Assembly: GCA_025558095.1 (NCBI GenBank) | Contig: JAIVFI010000015.1 | Location: 372,001-436,000 of the forward strand | Direction: 5' to 3' | DNA length: 64,000 nucleotides | Source: Hyaloraphidium curvatum SAG 235-1 | Taxonomy: Eukaryota > Fungi > Monoblepharomycota | In this document: piece by piece, positions 11,001 to 28,201 of the stretch | Layout of the letters: the number at the start of each line of letters is the position of its first letter | Numbering within the stretch: the first letter of the stretch is position 1 | The notes under the pieces: generated by a model | Seen by the model: only the letters and a program-made list of their open reading frames with translations | Told to the model about the DNA's origin: nothing | The model's database searches: none | Translations under genes and position numbers: made by a program

Positions 11001-11240
11001 CATCAGGCCGGCGAGGACCGTGTCCGTGCTCCGCGATCGTGCCCCGAAGTACACGTTCGGCCGGTAGGTCCCCCAGAACAGCGACCGGTTGTGTGCCTCC
11101 GACATCCATTGCGGTGGAGACGCGTCCTGGCCTGAAGCGGGTCCTAAGAGGAGCACAAGAACGAGACCGGCAGCCACCGCGGCGCGTTTGACGCGCCCAG
11201 GGCCCCGTCTCATTGTTCCGTGCGTGCGGGGCGTCATCAT
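8003..11240 (-). CDS. CWH41: Mannosyl-oligosaccharide glucosidase (glucosidase I, GH63), multi-exon
   Basis: N-terminal hydrophobic segment; LFWGTYRPNVYFG, GWVAREQILG, TLTSGLDDYPR, ENYWKGPIWINVNYL, GYIWEQY, HPFTGWSAL. The start could be 11240 or 11213. Confidence 0.93.
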
Positions 11241-11295
11241 CAGCGCCCAAACTTCGGTGCGCGAACCCCCCGCTTGATCGGCCCTGGGAGACACG

Positions 11296-12767
11296 ATGGA
11301 CCAGCTACCGAACGGTGAGAGCATCTTTGTGCCCACTATGTCGGATCCTGGACGCTACATCCGCGATTCGGGCCGTATCGCAGAGCTTTTCGAGCTGGTG
11401 TCATCTGCGACCTCGGCCTCGGAGCTTCTGCCCAAGGTCATTCAGACGATGAAGGCCTGCGACGGCCTGGAACAGAATCCCATCCTGTTCGACTTCTACT
11501 GTCGGCAGGTCATGACGTCCCCCTTCGTGAAGGATCACATGGTCGACGCCGCGGTGTGGTTGCTCGGCGCCGTCACGGTCCCCGCGGATAGCTCCGATGA
11601 GGCGTACAATGCGATCCTGCTGGCTCTGCTGGAGACTTTTGTGACGGAGGACTCGAGCAGCATATGCTCGGAGCTTGTGGCTCGGGGATACCTTCCGACG
11701 CTGAAGGTCGGACGAACCGACCCTGGGCGGCTCGCGGGGAAGACTAAAGTCTGGCCGCCAGACCTACGTCATGATGCAGCATGGCAAATGGGCATCCCGA
11801 CCGGCCATTCGTTTGATGTACGACACGTGCAGGTTGAACCGTCTGTCCCGAGACGACCTGGGTGCGTCCGCTCCGGGCCGGCCCCGCGGTCTACTAATGA
11901 CCTCCACCAGCATTCGTGGACAAGCCGTTCTTGGAGTTTCTGTTTGACCTGGTGGAGCAGACCCGCTACATAAGCGAAGAATTGGAGGATTACAACTATT
12001 CCGTGATCCGATTACTGGTGTGACCTGCTTGGGGTACCGCGAGACTGTTCACTCATATGTTCCGCAGCTCGTCCTCAACGAGCAGTTCATACCCAAGACG
12101 GCGCCAACAGAGAACCCCGTCATCTCGCTGATCGTGGAGCGGATCAACTCCAGCAAGACGCTGAGCGAGAACGTCGTGTTCATGTTCAACCGGGCAGGTG
12201 AGTAGTATCACCTCACTCTGTCGCTCGCTCAACTCATTCCGCCGCACAAAAGAGGACAGTGCCGTCCAGATGCTCATCACCAAATTCCTCTACCTCATCT
12301 TCACCGTTTCGCCGACGAGGGAGTGGTTCTACACCAATGACCTCAACATAGTCCTGGACGTCATTCTGCGCGAGGTGACCGCGGTTGGAAGCGAGCAGTC
12401 CGCGGTAAGTCTGCGGACCGAACGTTGGGACCGAACGTTGCGCACGAGTTCTGACTGCCGCGTCTGCCAGCTCCAACAAGCGTACCTCCGCATCCTCTCC
12501 CCTCTCCTCCTAAACACCCAACTAGTGACTTCCGCCTCCTTCACCAAGCTGCCAGAAGTCAAGCGCCTCCTGGAGCAGCTTTGTGACTCGCCGGCGGGCT
12601 TGGTGGACCCGACCGTGAGGCGCCTGGCGGAGCGCACGGCCGGCGAGTGCGGACACCTCTGGAACGGCTCGCCGAAGCAGCCCGCTCCCTCGGCTCCGGC
12701 GGGCCACGCCCCACCTCCGCCGCGGCGTCCGGCACCACCGCCACCGGTTTCGATGCGATCTACGTAG
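11296..12767 (+). CDS. LDB17: LDB17/Dip1/SPIN90-like (DUF2013) Arp2/3 activator, multi-exon
   Basis: LSENVVFMFNR, FYTNDLNIVLDVILRE and YLRILSPLL motifs, with a proline-rich C-terminus. Confidence 0.78.
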
Positions 12768-12897
12768 CGATAATGATATGACCCAAGTCTCTTACAGAGC
12801 TAGTACAGACCACGAGACATCTATCCCTTGCAGACCGGCGGCGTGCCAAGCTTCCACCGCAAAAAGTGCGCGTCCAGCACACCGAATTGAGCGGAGT

Positions 12898-14046
12898 TTA
12901 AATGATAGAGTCCATCTTGGTCTGTACGGTAGGCGGACTGGGTGAGCTCGGATACCCGGCGACCTGCCCGACGACCCACATAGACGTTCAGCACCCCAGC
13001 CATGATCTCCGTGACGCCCAGCTGCTTGCTGCGGTCCGTCCATTGGCTGTGCTCCTGCAGCATCTCGTCGACGCGCTGGAACGCGGCTTCCCGCTGCGCG
13101 TTGCTGATGTTTGCCAACGCGTTCTCGAGCACGTTTGCGGCGTACGCCGCGCACACCAGCGCGATGGTGCGCTTATCGGGGTTGGCGATGCGGCCCAGGA
13201 GGCAGTCCACTGTGCGCTGGATCAGGGTCTCCTTGACGGAGGGGTCCGCGACGGGGTGCGTGGCCATGTCGAAGATTACAAAGTTGCGCTTCTCGGTGCG
13301 CAGGACGCCCTTGTCCACGAGGCCTTTTGCGATGCGCTCGCGGACTTGCTTCAGCTGGTAGCCGATCTTCATGATGTTCCAAGTCTCGCCTGGTGGCCGG
13401 GCGAGGGGTCAGCCGAGGTTCTGGCGGAGAACGCGCGGCGCACCCACCGCTCAGCAGGTCAATCCAGTTGCCCACGCTCTGTTTTTCCAGCTTGATCAGC
13501 TTCAGCGCCTCGTCCAGCAGCACCTCGCCCGTGGGCGTCTCGTTGACGACCTCGACAGTGCGCTCCGCCAGCGGGCGCCGGCGCGAGTCCTTTGTGATCG
13601 CGATGCGGTTCCGTATCGACAGCTCCATGAGGATGCATCCGCGAAGCACGTAGGAGATGTTGTCGTTCCAGAAGGACAGGTAACCCTGACGAGGGACGCG
13701 GCAGGCGGGTGCGGCACGGGAGCGGGGGGCCGGCGCGGGGAGGGGGCGGGGCCGGCGGTCAGCGGAGCGGCCGCACCATCCCCGGGTGTGCGCCCACCTG
13801 CACGTCCTTGATTCCCAGCAGCAGCACCTCCTCGAGCAGGGTCAGCTTCGACTTCTCGCCGTCCTTTCCCTTGTCGTCCTCGTCGTCGAAGCGCTCCGAC
13901 GGGTCGACCGCCACGTTCCTGTCCCTGCGCGGCGGCGCGTCCGCGCCGTTCGAGCCGAGGTCCGCCGACGAGCCCGCGAGGCCGTCCGAGTCGCCGCCCG
14001 CGAAAGCGTTGCGCTTCCGCTGCGTGAGTCCCTGCGCGGACGCCAT
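12898..14046 (-). CDS. VPS74: Golgi phosphoprotein 3 family protein (Vps74/GOLPH3)
   Basis: [71 protein letters not shown]. The last exon ends TKMDSII-stop. Confidence 0.95.
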
Positions 14047-14236
14047 GGCGGGGCCGGGGCGGGGCGCGCCCGCGTCTGTGCCCTCTGCTGGAGGCCTCTG
14101 CTGGAGGGCCGCGGAGGGCGCGTGCGAGTCTGACTGGAGCAGCTGCGGCGCGACGACTGGCCTGGCTGACTGACCGGCGGGGTGGGTGTTAGCACTTGGG
14201 GGGTATGTAGGAAACTCCTAAGCACGAGCACGAGCG

Positions 14237-17200
14237 ATGGAGCAGCCCACGCCGGAGCGGCGGGGCCCCGGGCGGCCGCGCAAGAAGGGCGGCAGTCACA
14301 GGCCGTCTGCCGCTGCGGAGCCCGGGGAGCGGGAGCGCCCGGCCACGCCGCTGCCGCCTCCCAAGCCCCGCGAGGAGCGGCCGTACACCGACTATATTCC
14401 GGACCTCGACCCGCTCGCCCGCCTCGCCGTGCGCCGCAATGCGCCGCCCGCCGCACGCACCGCCCCTCCCGAGGCCGCGGGCCCGGCTGGAGCGGCCCCG
14501 GAAGGCACCTCGCGGCCGGCGACGGTTGGCGCACCGGAGCTTCGCACCGACGCGTCGGACGCTCCCGGGACGCGCCTCGCCGCCCCTCAGGCCGCATTGC
14601 ACGTCAATGGAGTCGGGGAGGGCGGCGAGGGACCCGGATCGGACGCGGCCAACCGCGACGGACCCGCGGACCGTGACTGGGGTCCCGAAACGCGCCCCAC
14701 TGAAACGGCAGCAGCGATCGAGGTCGTTGTCGCCCAGGATCCCGGAGAGCCGATGTCGGTGACCCCGCAGAAGCGCCGCCTGGTGGCCTGCTGGACCAGC
14801 GACGGCGTCTCGAGCGACGAGCAACCGCCCTCCGGCAAGCGGTCCCGCATGTCGTCGGAGCCGGCGCCCGAATCTTCCGTCCGCCACGAGGCGGCACCTG
14901 ATAGCCTCGCGCCACCCGAGACCATCGCGCGCCTGCACTCTGCCCCTCCCGACCTGCCCGGCCCACCCGCACCCGGAAGTCGGCCGGACATCTCGCGGCC
15001 CGTGCCGCTGGGGCCCTTTGGGCTCCCTTCGCTCGTCGACGCCGAGCTCTCGGCCAAGCTCGGATCGCTGCCCAAGGCCAAGTTCGTGAGGCTGCCCTTT
15101 GCGGTCGATCCGGCCCACGACCCGGAGGAGAACTACTACCGCCGACCCGAGGGACATTACGTGCGCTACGTCGGTTGGTATCTGCTCCGAGCCCTGGCAT
15201 GGACTTGCCTGACGCGGCTTCAGAACCCGCCGAGATGGATCTGTACGAGATGACCGAGTACGACATGGACGAGCAGGACCGGCACTGGCTTTCCATCTTG
15301 AACACCGAGCGCAAGGCGGACGGCGACCCGGACGTGCCCGAGGCGTTCTTCGAGGCTGTCATGGACAAGCTGGAGAAGGAGTGGTTCACTCTGGTGAGCA
15401 TGGCCGTGGCTGCCCCGTATGGACACCGGCTGATCCGTTCCACCAGATGAAGGAGATTCCGAAGCGGCGAGAGGACGTGCCCTATCCGGAGGACATTGTC
15501 TGCAACATCTGCAACGACGGCGAGGCCGAGAACCTGAACGCGATCGTGTTCTGCGACGGCTGCAACCTCGCGGTGCACCAAGGTTTGACTGCGTCGGCGG
15601 CGCCCTGGCCGTTTGCTAACGCCCGGCACCAGACTGCTACGGCATACCGTACATCCCCGAAGGCCCTTGGCTCTGCCGCAAATGCATGCTCTCCCCCGAG
15701 GCGCCCGTGAGCTGCATCTTTTGCCCCAACGAGGGCGGCGCTTTCAAGCAGACGACGACCAATCGGTGGGCACATCTTCTGTGCGCCATGTGGATCCCGG
15801 AGGTCGGGATCAGCAATCCGGTGTACATGGAGCCGATCGACCAGATCGGCAAGGTGCCCAAGAGCCGCTGGAAGCTGGTGGGGCACGCCGTTTGCCGGCC
15901 TGACAAGCTCGCTGGCTAACGACGCGCCGCTCCAGTACTGCTACCTGTGCCGTACGCAGCGTGGCGCGTGCATCCAATGCTCCCACATCAACTGCTACCA
16001 AGCGTTCCACGTCACTTGCGCCCGGAAAGCCGGGCTGTACATGATGCGGGACGCCGAGGATGGAACGGAGCAGTTCTGCGACAAGCACGGTCCGGTGTGT
16101 TTGGCCGTCGGCGACCTGTGCTGCCGCAGCTAACGCCCTCGGAAAACGCCTCCAGAAGGATCACGTCATCGACCCCGTCGCGCTCGAGATCGCCAAAGCA
16201 CCTGGCGAAGCGTCGCGGCGCAAGAAGATGGGCAAGGCCGCCCTCAAGCGGTACAACACGCAAATGGAGTCGCAGCCTGCCGGGGACGAAGCCTTTGGCG
16301 GCGATCAGTCTGACGGGGACTCGGACGAATGGCACGATGATGGCGAGTCGCGCCGTGCCTCCGGCAAGTCCTCCAAGCGCCCCGCAAGGGCGAGCAAGGC
16401 ACGGTCCAACAAGGCGGCGCAGGCCCACCAGAAGAGCTACTCGGCGAGCTCCATTGTGGCTCCGCAGTGGGTCATCTCCAGCGTCCTGCTGGCCCTGCAG
16501 CGGGATCCCGTGAGGAAGAAGTCGCAGGTGGTGCAGCGCATCGCGCGGTACTGGTCGCTCAAGCGGGCGAGCCGGCGCGGTGCCCCGCTCCTGAAGCGGC
16601 TCCACCTAGAGGTAGGCGGTCCCCATGCTGCCGTTCCGGAAAGCGACTTACCGCTCCTCCGCCAGCCCTGGACGGCATCGTCTTCAATGTCCAAGGAGGA
16701 CGCGGAGGCGCGTGCACGCAAGCTCGAGGTCTGCTCGTCCTGGGCGCGAGGCGCAGCATGTCAGCTGACCGACTCGTTTACCTAGGTCCTCCTTGCGATC
16801 CGGCGCGACCTCGAAAAGGTCCGCATGCTCGTCGAGCTCGTGCACAAGCGGGAAAAGGCCAAGCTCCGCGAGATGCTCGTGCAGAAAGAGTGCGTCGAGT
16901 TCGTGTCGGAGCCGGTGACGTACGTCCTCAGGTCGACCCTCGAGGAGGTCAAAAAGTTGGTTGCTGCGGTGTCCTGGCACCGCATACCGTTGATTCGCCC
17001 CTGTCCCACCTTAGGCTGGACAATCAAGAATACTTCTGGGAACCGATCTCTGCCGCCGAAGTCCCGGACTACTTCGAGGTCGTCAAGGACCCCATGGACT
17101 TTGCCACGATGGGCACCAAGGTGGAGGGGTACAAGTATGGTTCGGTCGCCGAGATGAAGGTCAGTGCGCGGATACAGCATCCGTGATCGACCGAGCTGAG

Positions 17201-18239
17201 TGGCTGGTGATCTTAGAGCGACCTGGACCTCATCTGCGCCAACGCTATGCTCTACAACACAAAGGATACCCCGTACTTTAAGGCGGCGCAGAAGCTGCAG
17301 CAGCGTGCAGCCCCCTTGTTTGAAGAGGCGGAAGCCAAGCTCCGTTCGCTTGGCTTTGACGAGGATCTCGGAGTCATACCCATGGAGCTACCCGAATCGG
17401 TCTTTGAGCTCGTGCTGCCACCCCCGCCCAAGCCTCCGACGCCTCCGCCGGAATTTGCTTCCTCGGAACCTCCCGAGACCCAGGACGACGGCGACAGCAC
17501 CGCCCCTGACGTCCCTGATGGTGATTCGAACGCTTCGGTTGTTCTGGAGACAGAGAGCGCCGGCAGAAGTATGAAGCGGCGGACGGTCGACGGTGAGGCT
17601 GCGGCTGCGGAGCGGCGGTCCAGCAGGAGCCGCCGGCCCCCGGAAACAGAGGACAGACGCGGCTCCGCACCGCCATTGGGAGGCTCCGGCGATGCACCGC
17701 TGCCGGCACGGGTTGCCGACCTGCGCAAACAGCGCAAGTCCGAGGGCTCGCGGCGTTCGGAAGGATCGCGGGATGCTGGGAAAGAGCCGAAATCCGCGCC
17801 GGCTGGTCGCGATCGCGGTCGAAAAACGGCCGCCGCAGTGGCCCAGGATGGCCAGACTGGCGTGTTCAGCATCAAGGCTGAGCAAAGCGACTCGACCAAA
17901 GCTCAGAAGACGTCCCCGGGGAAGGCAACACCGGCGACGGCGCCGCCGAGGGAGCGGTCGCACGCGAAGAAGCCCGCGCCGGCTGCGAACGAGCGCACCT
18001 CATCCGCAGCCGACCTCGACCCCACGGAAAGGGTCTCGAATGCGGTTGCAGCGATCATGTCGGCGCGCGATCGCGACGGGCGCAAGGCGGGGGCGCTGTC
18101 GACAGAGGCGTCGGAGGAGGGACGGCGGAAGCGGTTGACGATGAAGGAGGTGTTCGGCGTCGCTCTTCCGGTTGCCGCCTGGAAAGACGTCGTGGATTTG
18201 GAGTCGGCAAAGGCGCTGCAGCCGTTCTTGCCGGCATAG
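14237..18239 (+). CDS. NTO1: NuA3/BRPF-type scaffold (EPC-like, PHD-Zn-ePHD, bromodomain)
   Basis: [12 protein letters not shown]; [27 protein letters not shown]; [27 protein letters not shown]; [16 protein letters not shown]; bromodomain [20 protein letters not shown]. Confidence 0.9.
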
Positions 18240-18345
18240 CGAAATAGATCCTACTGGCAAGGTATACGAACGTTTACGCAGGGGATCACACCCAAATAAA
18301 CCCACAGACCCCTCCCCTCACGTCTGGTGGGAAGATAGGTCCACG

Positions 18346-21053
<2,708 letters not shown>

Positions 21054-21095
21054 CCATGTTTCAGAGTTACACGATAGATACCTGCGTTCTCTACT

Positions 21096-24000
21096 TCAGC
21101 CACTGCCCTGGCCCCCGGCCTTTGTCTTTGCGCGCAGCTCCGCCAGCCGCTATCGGGGAAACGTTAGGCTCCTAGCCACAACATGAATTCCACGGTACTT
21201 GCCTGTTGTCTTTCATCCTTCTTCCGATCCCTGTCCGAAGCTCGGGGGGCCGTGCTGGATGCCTTCACGGATTGCATCCAGGAGTCTGCCCAGTCATCCA
21301 GGGGCTTCACAGAGCTGGGAGACGTCTTCGATCCCTCGAGCGAGCTGACAGAGGACTGCTTCACAGGAGTGGGGGCCAGCGGCGGAGGCAAAACAGGTTT
21401 CGGCGGTGCGGGTGCAGCCGGCGCCGAGGGCACAGATGGCACTGTGGGGACCATGGGAGCCGGCAACGAAGGTTTTGCAGGCGTCGGGTTCAGCGGCGCA
21501 AAGTCGGCGAATCCTGCGCCCGTCTGTCCGAAGGCACTTTGGGCGTTGGATTGGGATGCTGACACGCCGAGTTGCGGCGTTTCCGCAGATAGCCGCGAAG
21601 CGCCCGACGGAGCCGGCAAGACAGGGACACTCTGGTGCCCCAACGCCGGCGAAGCGCCCGAGGGTTCCGCAAAGTTGGCCCAATTGTCGTCCGAGGGCCT
21701 TCCAGGCTCCTCTGTTGCGCCCCAATCGCCCCACAGGTCCGTAGATGCCTCCGGTAACGATACGAGAGGCTTCATTGCAAGAGAAAGGGACGTCGGCGGC
21801 GGGCTACTCGGCGGTTGCCGGCGAGGCTCAAGCGGGACGGAGCTGGGCCCATTGGCCGCTTTGGGAGTAGGAGACGTCGAGGGGGTTTGTGGGGAGGAAG
21901 CCGAAGAGTTCGGTTTGGCGGCAGGCGTTGCAGCGGCGGTGGATGTGCCGATAATGGCGCTGGATGCTTTGTCGATGACGGTGCTGGCCAGCTTAGAAGG
22001 GACGGAGTTCCAAAACCGAACGAGCGCACAGACCGCAGAGTTGGACTCACGGAGTAAGACATGCCCGCGACTGCGGAACCTGCCCAGCCCATCCAATCCG
22101 AGCTGCTCGCCGGGGCTCCACTAGATGAAATGGCGCTTGCGTTCTGCGGGGGCGCCTGGGGCTCAGGAATCGCCGATGCTACCTTCTCCAGTTTGCGCAA
22201 GCAAATCTCAAGAGCTTTGAAGGCCTGGTTGCGGACATCCGGCACAGGATCCAGCAACAATGGCGAGATCGCCGGAATAGCCTTCTGGGCCAGTTCCACC
22301 GCTTCATGATAGTCGATTGTTGCCCCGAGCGACAACAGGCCGGCATGGCGACTCGGTGGAAACGGATCGCGAAGGCTACGAACAAAAGCGGGAATGAGAA
22401 CCTTGGAACGGGTCTGCAAGGAGCGACATTAGATGGTGAGTGCTTCAGCTACCACTCGCTCCGCGGAACGTACAGTTTCGGACAGGTGCTTGCTGATCTT
22501 GCCCAGGAGAATGGTGGTGTTGGTTCTGATGCCGGGTTCCTCGTCCACCTGCAGCTTCGCAAGATACCGGAGGAGATCGTTGTTGGCGATCCTTTCGTTT
22601 AGCTTGGGGACTATGATGAGCATGGACTTGAGCGTGTACTCGCGCATGACACCCTGGTTGGCAAAGCATGGCCTGTCAGTCACAGGCGCCCCTTCAATTC
22701 CAGAATAGACAGCGCTCACGCTCGTGTCGTTGAACCCTTTGACAATCTCCGGGAATATCTTCTCGTTGACGAGACGGTTGTTCGCGCCCTCGAAGCGGTC
22801 GGCAAAGCGCTCCAGGTTTTCCAGGAGCGCCACACGCATTTGTCGCTCCGGAGAGGAGAACATCTTGACCATCGCCCCGAGCACTATCCGCTCGTAGTCC
22901 TCCTTCGAGAGTGATTCGCCGAGCTTCAAAATCGGCGCAATCATTTTCGCCCCTCCAGCGCCAAACTCGAGGGCGTTCACAAGTTCGGGCAGCACTTTGT
23001 GCTTGGCAAATGCCTCCGGGAAACGGTCAATCTTGCTGACGAGTTGCGTGACGAAACGCTCCTTCTCGGACTGCTCCTTCAGGTTAATCTGCTCCAAGAA
23101 GTTCGCAACCTGAATAAAGTCCGTGTCGAAAAAGCTCCCAGGGCGTGTGCCAACGTCCAAAAGACCGGCCGGGTTCAGTCGAGACGCGGGGTTCGGATCC
23201 AAGAGGGCCCGGTAAACCCCGAAAAGAGGCTGAGGAATATGCTCGCGAGACTGCCCCAGCTGCTCAGGCCGGCTAAATGGCCCGTTGAATACCTCGTACA
23301 GCAAGCAGCCGTAGCACCACGAGTCAAACGTAGAGGGTGGTTGACTGGAGAGAAGTCAACGGTGAGAACGCGCCAAGGAAAGCCGCATCCAAAGACCCAC
23401 TTTCTCACGATGCCATACGACGCTTTCCGCACTTCCGGCGGCGCGTATCTTTGGGAGTCGGGCAACTGGCCACCATAGAGCGGAAGCATTGCGGAGTCTT
23501 CCTTGAGGGATCCAGCCAGCTCCAGTCCTCCCAGCTTCCACTCCCCGGCTTTGGTTGTAAAGATGGACGAGATCCTCAGATTGCCGTGCACGAGCGAGCT
23601 GTCCATGTTCAGAAACTTGAATAGGACCTGAAATGGCGCGTTCAGCGTCGAAGGGACATGCCTCCGGCCCAAGAACAGACCGCCATCTTGTAAAAACCCC
23701 ATTGCAGCAGACTATCGTTGCGCGAGCCTTCCTTAAGTTGGTTTGCGAGTGGTTCCACCCTTTCCGTCACGACGACAATCTTCTCCTCGGTCTGGCACCG
23801 CGAACCCGGTCAAACGCGGTCCCGCACGCGGCTGGCTCAACCACGGTATCCACCTCCTGGCTGTCGAGGTAATGGAGAATGCTCGGGTGCCGAATGGTCT
23901 TGAATCGCTTCAGCGCGTTCCGCGCAAACGGGAGCTTGTCCTTCTGCTTCACACAATCGAACACAAAGACCGAAACCGGGGAACCGTCCTCCTGCGATGC

Positions 24001-24178
24001 TCCGTCTGTACGTGCTCCTCGCGTCGGGCACTGCCTGACCCACTCTCTTGGTTCCGACGTGGAGGGACCATATACTCGTCCAGTCGAGACCGTCGACGCG
24101 GTCCCCGGTCGTGTAGGGGAACGACGGCGCCGACGCGGCCGTCACGACCCTCGAGGCGAGGGACTTGACAAAATCCAT
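21096..24178 (-). CDS. CEX1: SCY1-like pseudokinase with HEAT repeats (SCYL1/Cex1)
   Basis: ARNALKRFKTIRHP, VHGNLRISSIFTTKAGEWKLGGLE, KHKVLPELVNALEFG, EPGIRTNTTILLGKI, RSLRDPFPPSRHAG. Confidence 0.88.
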
Positions 24179-24267
24179 GCTCGCTCGGCGTGGACTACGC
24201 CGCGAGGCACTGCCCGAAAGTCACCTTGGTCAACCAAATGAACTCATCAAACACCCATCAGCCCGTG

Positions 24268-27200
24268 CTACAGTTCGTCCTCGTTTAACACCCACATCCC
24301 CCCCTCCTTCTTCGCAATGCCCTTGAGGAGCGTGCGAAAGAGCGCGATGTCCTGGCCGGAGATCGCGGCCTGGAACTGCGCGACAATCTCGCTCGAAGAA
24401 GCCCGACCGCCCTTGTCCCTGAGAAAGTCCGCCACCTTGCCCGCCAGTTCCACCGCCGGAACTTCCTCAGCGGCCATTCCTACGCCCGTCTCCCCGCTCT
24501 TCTCCATCTCGGCCGTCCGCCGGAGGTTCGCCAGGAGCGCCGAAGAGGACGGTGCCTGGGTTGCCGGCGGTGCGGCAGACCCCGGGTCCGCGTTGCCCGG
24601 GCGCACCACGAGCCCTCCCGTCTGCGACTTCTTCCCGAAGCGCGGCAGGCTTCCCGGCGCACCCGCCGACCCCGATCGTCCCGTCCACGTGGGCGTGTCA
24701 ACCGCGTGACCCCGGTTCCTGCGTGATTTCTTCAACGCCGCGATCGCCCTGTTGGCGATCCTCGCAGCCTCCTTGTCCACGATCGAAACCTCGGGATTGT
24801 CCGCGTCCATGATCGCATCGTGCTTCAGGGCGCTGTGTACGCCGTTTTTCCGCTGGAACAGGCTCTCGAGGATCTGCCGATCATCGTCCTCCGCAAATGT
24901 CGAGCGGCCCCGAGGCGCGTCAGCAACAGAATCGTCGTTGTCATCTTCAGCGGCGCCGTCCGGCTGGTACGGCCGGACGCTTGCCACATTTTCGATATCG
25001 AGTCGCTCCCTGCTATTCGTCAACGGCGCTGCTAGGGAGCGGGTAGCGACCTTACCCACCTCCGCGAACGCTTCTTGCCCAGTTTGACCTCCACATCCAT
25101 GTCCATGTCCGCAAAGATGCCGCCCGTCTCCGTCTGGCCCTTGGTTTCGGGAGCCAGGGTGAAGAGATCGTGCAGATCGTTGGACTTGAAGAAGCGCCGC
25201 TGCTTGGGGTCCTTGAGGATCTTGTTGGTGAGGAACTGCTTGAAGATCTGGCGGTGGTATATCTTCTCCTCGATCGTCCCGGCCATCATGAGGCGGTAGA
25301 TGGACACTTCCTTCTTCTGCCCGATGCGCCACGCCCGCTCCCTCGCTTGGATGTCGGTCGACGGGTTCTGATTGCGTGCGTCAGCTAACGAAAGCGGTGT
25401 CGCCACGCTGCACACGCACCCAATCGGGGTCGTAGATAATGACGCGGTCGGCCGACTGCAAGTTGATACCCAACCCGCCGACTTTCGTCGTGAGCAGGAA
25501 CACGAAGATGTCGGAGTTTGTGTTGAACTGGTCCACCAGCATGTTCCTCTGCCCTATCGCGGTGCCGCCGTCCATGCGAAGGTACCGGTACTCTGCAAAT
25601 CGCGGTCAAACACGTCGAAGGTCCGGCGCGCGAGGCACCCACTCTGCGAGGAGATGAACAGCTCAATGATGTCGCACATCTGGCGGGTCTGGCAAAAGAG
25701 CAGCACCCGGTGGCCTGTGGCAAACCACGTCTCCAACAGCGCCTTGACGACCAGCATCTTGCCCGATCGCCGTGCGTCTCCGTACTCGGGTATCTGGGGG
25801 CTTGCTGCTCAGCCAAGCACATCCGCGAGCGAGCCGCTGGCCCACCTCGGCCCGCCGTTTCAGGTCAACGAGGTCCGGGTGGTTGCAGATCTTGCGGAGA
25901 TGGTCTATGCCGGACAACACGTGCCGTTTCCCGCTCAGGATCGCACGGACCTCGCTCGACTTGAGGTACTTTTCGTACGACGCGCGCTGCGACGGGGTCA
26001 GGGAGCAAAACAAGACCTGGGGATGGTGCGTTGGCCGCGTGCCCTAGTGGCTTAGAATGCACGCACCTGCTCCGTCTTCTTGGGCAGCTGTGACGCCACG
26101 TTGACCTTCAGCCGCCGCAAGAGGTACGGCGTGATCAGATCGCGCAGCACGGTTGCGCACTTGTACGCGGCTTGGACCTGGATGTTGGTCGCGTTGGCGT
26201 AACCTCCGAGACGGATCGGGATCGCAAACTCGTTCTGAAAGACCGGCAGCGTCTAGAGACCATTGTCAGCCAAACGAGCGGCGGCTCTTCCGATCCGGAG
26301 CTTACCCCGAGCCGACCGGGGAAGACAAAGTCCATCAAGGACCACCTGGACACAACCGTCAGGTCCAGCATACCTGAGAGTCCACGACAACCTACAGCTC
26401 AACGAGGTTGTTCTGGATCGGAGTCCCCGTCATCAGGATCCTATGGTTGCACTTGACCCAAATGTTATCCATCGAGGAAGATGGTACCGGAGTCACGACC
26501 TACGAGCAGCTGCTTGCACGTCAGGGTGATCTCCGCGTCCGGATTCCGAATCTTGTGGCCCTCGTCGAGGATCACGTAGCCCCACTGCCGCTTGAGGAGC
26601 AGGTGGCGGTACTGCTTCACGCTCTCGTACGTCGTCACCAGGACGTGGCCCTTGCCAAAGACGGTGTTCACGATGCTCTTTGCCCCGTCGTTGGTTACCC
26701 GCATCACCGGCACGTTGCCTCCCTCGCTGTCGCTCCCGTACGTCGTCGTGGTCCGCGATTTGGACATGCCGCTCCCGGAAGAGTGCAGGATGACGACGCG
26801 GAAGGGCGGCCACCAGCGGTGGAACTCCTGCGTCCACTGCTTCATGACCGTCGCCGGGCACACCACCAGCACCGGGCCTTTAATCAGTCCCGAGTTGCTC
26901 AGGCCGGCGAGGAAGGCGATGATTTGCTGTCGAGGGTGTCAGTTCGCCTACAAGCCCAGGGTCTCGCCCGCGAGCCCCGAGCTCACCACCGTCTTGCCCA
27001 GACCCATCTCGTCCCCGATGATGCCGCCGACGTCCTGGTCGTGCAGCTCCCAGAGCCACTTGACCCCCGTCCTCTGGTACTCGAACAGCTCGTTCCAGAT
27101 CTCGCCCGGGCATCGGTAGCCCCTGTCGAACTGCGCGTCCTCGGCAAACGGCGACGGCAGCGTCATCTCCCCAACGGGGTCGTCGTCATCGGGCAGGCTC

Positions 27201-28201
27201 CCGTCGGCGTTCCGCTGCCGCCTCCGCCGGCGCCTCCGGGCCCACTCTGCCAGCCGATCCTGGTACGCGTTTTCGTTGCCGTCGTCCACGTAGCGCAGGT
27301 TGGACTTGGTCCCGCCGCCCGCCCGCGGCCTGCGCCTGCGCTTCCGCCGCGTGCTGCCCTCCAGATCGTCCAGGGACGACAGATCGTCCGATCCGGCTTC
27401 CCCGGCCTCCCCGTCGTCATCATCGTCATCGTCGTCGTCGGACGCCGACTCATCCTCCAGCTCGTCCGCGTCCGCAACGTAGGCGCCGTGGCCAAAGTCC
27501 CCCGGTCCCTCTTCCTCGGTCGTGTCGCCGTCGGTGCGTGCCGGGCGCGCGACGGCCGACGGTGCAGGAGCGGAGCCCGACGGCTCGCCGCCGGCCTGCA
27601 GCCTGCGCTCGTGTCCGCCGGCGGCAAAGGGCGTGATCTTCCCCAGCTGGATCAGGCGCTCGCGGTCCTCGCGCGACGCCGCCGACGCCCGCCCCTGCCC
27701 CGCGGCCTCCTCGTCCCGCTCCCGCATGCGGCCGAGAATGTCCCGCTCCTGCTGCTTCAGGTCCGCGACCTTCTTGCGCTGCGAATCGCGGGTGAGGGGA
27801 ATCGAGGGCAGGCGGGATCGGAGGAGCCCACGGCGGCGTCCAGCTCGCGCTCCAGCAGATCCGGCACGCCCGACCTCCGCGCCAGACGCTCCCTGATGTC
27901 GTTGACGCGCTGCTGCGCGGCCCTGCGTGCGTGGGGCGTCAGGCGGCACCCGGGACGGGCGCTGCGAAACGCACGCCAGGTCGCGAGCCGTCCTCCTGAG
28001 CCGCTTCTCGTCGGCGGCGTCGTCCCTGCCGCGCATCGCGGCGTCTGCTTGGTCGGCGAGGTCGCGCTCCAGCGCGTCCTGCTCGCGCAGCTCGACGCCG
28101 AGGCCGAACAGCTGGCGTTCCAGGTCGTTTTCCGCGGGAGCGGGGGGCGCCGGGGGGCCGGGGCCGGCGGGCTGCCGCTCCTCGCCGCCGTCCCGCTGCA
28201 T
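24268..28201 (-). CDS. RAD26: SNF2-family transcription-coupled repair ATPase Rad26/CSB (ERCC6)
   Basis: [80 protein letters not shown], and a C-terminal winged-helix-like tail. Confidence 0.93.
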